From: an uncultured Planctomycetaceae bacterium
Lineage (GTDB): Bacteria > Planctomycetota > Planctomycetia > Pirellulales > PALSA-1355
Assembly (NCBI GenBank): GCA_963785305.1
Contig: CAWAUV010000007.1
Location: 896,001-960,000, forward strand
Direction of reading: 5' to 3'
DNA: 64,000 nucleotides
Shown here piece after piece: positions 62,591 through 64,000 of the stretch. The number at the start of each line of letters is the position of its first letter. The first letter of the stretch is position 1. The position numbers and the translations under genes were made by a program. A model generated the notes under the pieces. The model was not told where the DNA came from, ran no database searches, and saw nothing but the letters and a program-made list of their open reading frames with translations.

Positions 62591-64000
62591 ATGGTTCAGC
62601 CCCCAACTCCCGCCGCCTTATCGCTCGCCGCGAAAGCGCCGGCCGATTCTCCGCTGGCCTCGTCGGCCGGTCGGCTCGCGTCGCGGTGGTTGCCTGGGCT
62701 CGAGATCGTGTTGATCGTGGCGGTGTTTTTCGTGTATGCCGGCTGGCCGCCGCCAGACACCAACGAGGCCCATTATCTGTCCAAGGCCAAACATTATTGG
62801 AATCCCGCCTGGTGCGGGCGAGACTTTTTTCTCAATACGGCCGATGCCCATCAGGTTTTTTATTGGACCTTTGGCTGGCTCACGCGATGGATGCCGCTGG
62901 CGAGCGCGGCCTGGGTCGGGCGGCTCGTCTCATGGACCGCGATCGCCATCGGGTGGCGCCGGCTGAGCACCGCGTTTGCCCCGGGACCGCTTTACTCCGT
63001 GCTCTCGGCTGCGCTGCTCGTGGCGCTCAATGAGCATTGTCAACTGGCGGGCGAATGGATCGTCGGCGGGCTCGAGGCCAAGGAGATGGCGTTTGCCCTG
63101 GTGTTCTTCGCGCTGGGCGATGTGGCCCGCGGCCGTTGGACTCGGGCTTGGCTCCTGCTCGGCGCGGCGGCGGCGTTTCATGTGTTGGTTGGCGGTTGGG
63201 CGGCGTTGGCCGCGGGCATCGCTTGGTTGGGCGCCGGCGCCGAGCGACCGCCCCTTGGCCGAACCGTGCTCGCTTGGCTCGGCGCGATGCTCCTGGCGCT
63301 GCCGGGCCTCGTGCCCGCGCTCGCGCTCACCTGGGGAGTCGACACCGCGACCGTGGCCGAGGCCAACCGCATCTATGTCTTCGAGCGGCTGAGCCATCAT
63401 CTTGTGTTCCGCGAGTTTCCGGCGGAGTGGCCCGCGCGGTTCGCGCTGCTTACCCTGGCATGGATGGTGTTGACCTGGCTCGCGCCGCGCGGAGTGGCCG
63501 AGCGGCGGCTGCGATGGCTGGTTGGAGCGTCGCTCGCGGTGGCGCTGGCTGGAGTCTTCATCAATTTTGGCTTCCAGTCGCATCCCCGCGTGGCCGGAGC
63601 GCTGCTGCGATACTATTGGTTTCGGCTGGCTGATGCGATGGTTCCGCTCGGCGCGGCGCTGCTCGCGGTCGCGGTGCTCGAGCGGCAATTGCGAGCTCAT
63701 TCGCGCTGGGGGGCCGCTTGGCTGCTCGTGCTCTTGCTCGGCGCCGGCTGGAATCTGTTCGACAGCATGAAATATCGCGCGACCTATGAAAGCCCCCGGG
63801 CCGATTGGAACATCGACGATCCCGAGGCTTGGTGGAGCATTTGCGATTGGGCGCGAGACCACACGCCGCCCGACGCCGTGTTCATGATTCCGCGCATGGC
63901 CGGCACCTTTGCCTGGCGCGCCGAACGGGCCGCCGTGGTCGATCGCAAGGACATTCCGCAAGATGCCCGGGGGCTGGTTGCTTGGCGCGAGCGGATTCGC
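62591..64000 (+). CDS. DUF6798-like polytopic membrane protein, 3'-truncated by the window edge
   Basis: Frame appears open from 62591 to the window end: PPPDTNEAHYLSKAKH, GEWIVGGLEAK, FHVLVGGW, RLSHHL, YYWFRLAD, KDIPQDA. Confidence 0.8.
   Translation, partial: MVQPPTPAALSLAAKAPADSPLASSAGRLASRWLPGLEIVLIVAVFFVYAGWPPPDTNEAHYLSKAKHYWNPAWCGRDFFLNTADAHQVFYWTFGWLTRWMPLASAAWVGRLVSWTAIAIGWRRLSTAFAPGPLYSVLSAALLVALNEHCQLAGEWIVGGLEAKEMAFALVFFALGDVARGRWTRAWLLLGAAAAFHVLVGGWAALAAGIAWLGAGAERPPLGRTVLAWLGAMLLALPGLVPALALTWGVDTATVAEANRIYVFERLSHHLVFREFPAEWPARFALLTLAWMVLTWLAPRGVAERRLRWLVGASLAVALAGVFINFGFQSHPRVAGALLRYYWFRLADAMVPLGAALLAVAVLERQLRAHSRWGAAWLLVLLLGAGWNLFDSMKYRATYESPRADWNIDDPEAWWSICDWARDHTPPDAVFMIPRMAGTFAWRAERAAVVDRKDIPQDARGLVAWRERIR

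Noticed and set aside
1445..63961. Many long antisense or alternate-frame ORFs (e.g. 3554..5038 -, 14301..15710 -, 46210..48018 +, 62930..63961 -)
   Set aside because: Shadow ORFs typical of high-GC DNA: Arg/Ala/Pro-rich, no motifs, and overlapping well-supported genes

Overview
GC-rich bacterial chromosome segment, most likely Planctomycetota (Pirellulales-like; inferred from the DUF1592/DUF1552 cytochrome pair, a DUF6798-like protein and a PEP-CTERM protein). Housekeeping blocks (rpmF-fabD-fabG-acpP-fabF-dapA, DEAD-box helicase, sulfate ABC transporter, ribD, ndk, pyrF, greA, hisD, ltaE) alternate with accessory islands. (1) 6.3-17 kb: a putative O2/redox-sensing island with a globin-coupled histidine kinase, a dual-receiver regulator, a REC-PAS kinase and an ANTAR regulator, plus a divergent sigma54 activator, two sigma54-type promoters, Usp, BON-like and DHODH-like genes. 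(2) 18.7-20.7 kb: an ABC/AAA ATPase + DUF4276-like pair (candidate defence system) with a long upstream hairpin. (3) 24-29.5 kb: a GT2 plus two GT-C-like membrane proteins. (4) 36.0-36.7 kb: a decayed toxin-antitoxin module between 25-bp direct repeats. (5) 41.8-47.7 kb: an intact four-gene phage tail-tip-like operon with no capsid, terminase, tube, tape-measure or integrase genes in the window. (6) 54.4-59.4 kb: a receiver-domain cluster. Two short palindromic repeat families (REP/REPIN-like and a MITE-like element with 10-11 bp terminal inverted repeats) occur three times each. About 20 genes, including core metabolic ones, are frameshifted, often at GCGC contexts; this is best explained by long-read indel errors rather than pseudogenisation. 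No rRNA, tRNA or CRISPR array was seen. All product calls come from motif recognition by eye; no database searches were run.
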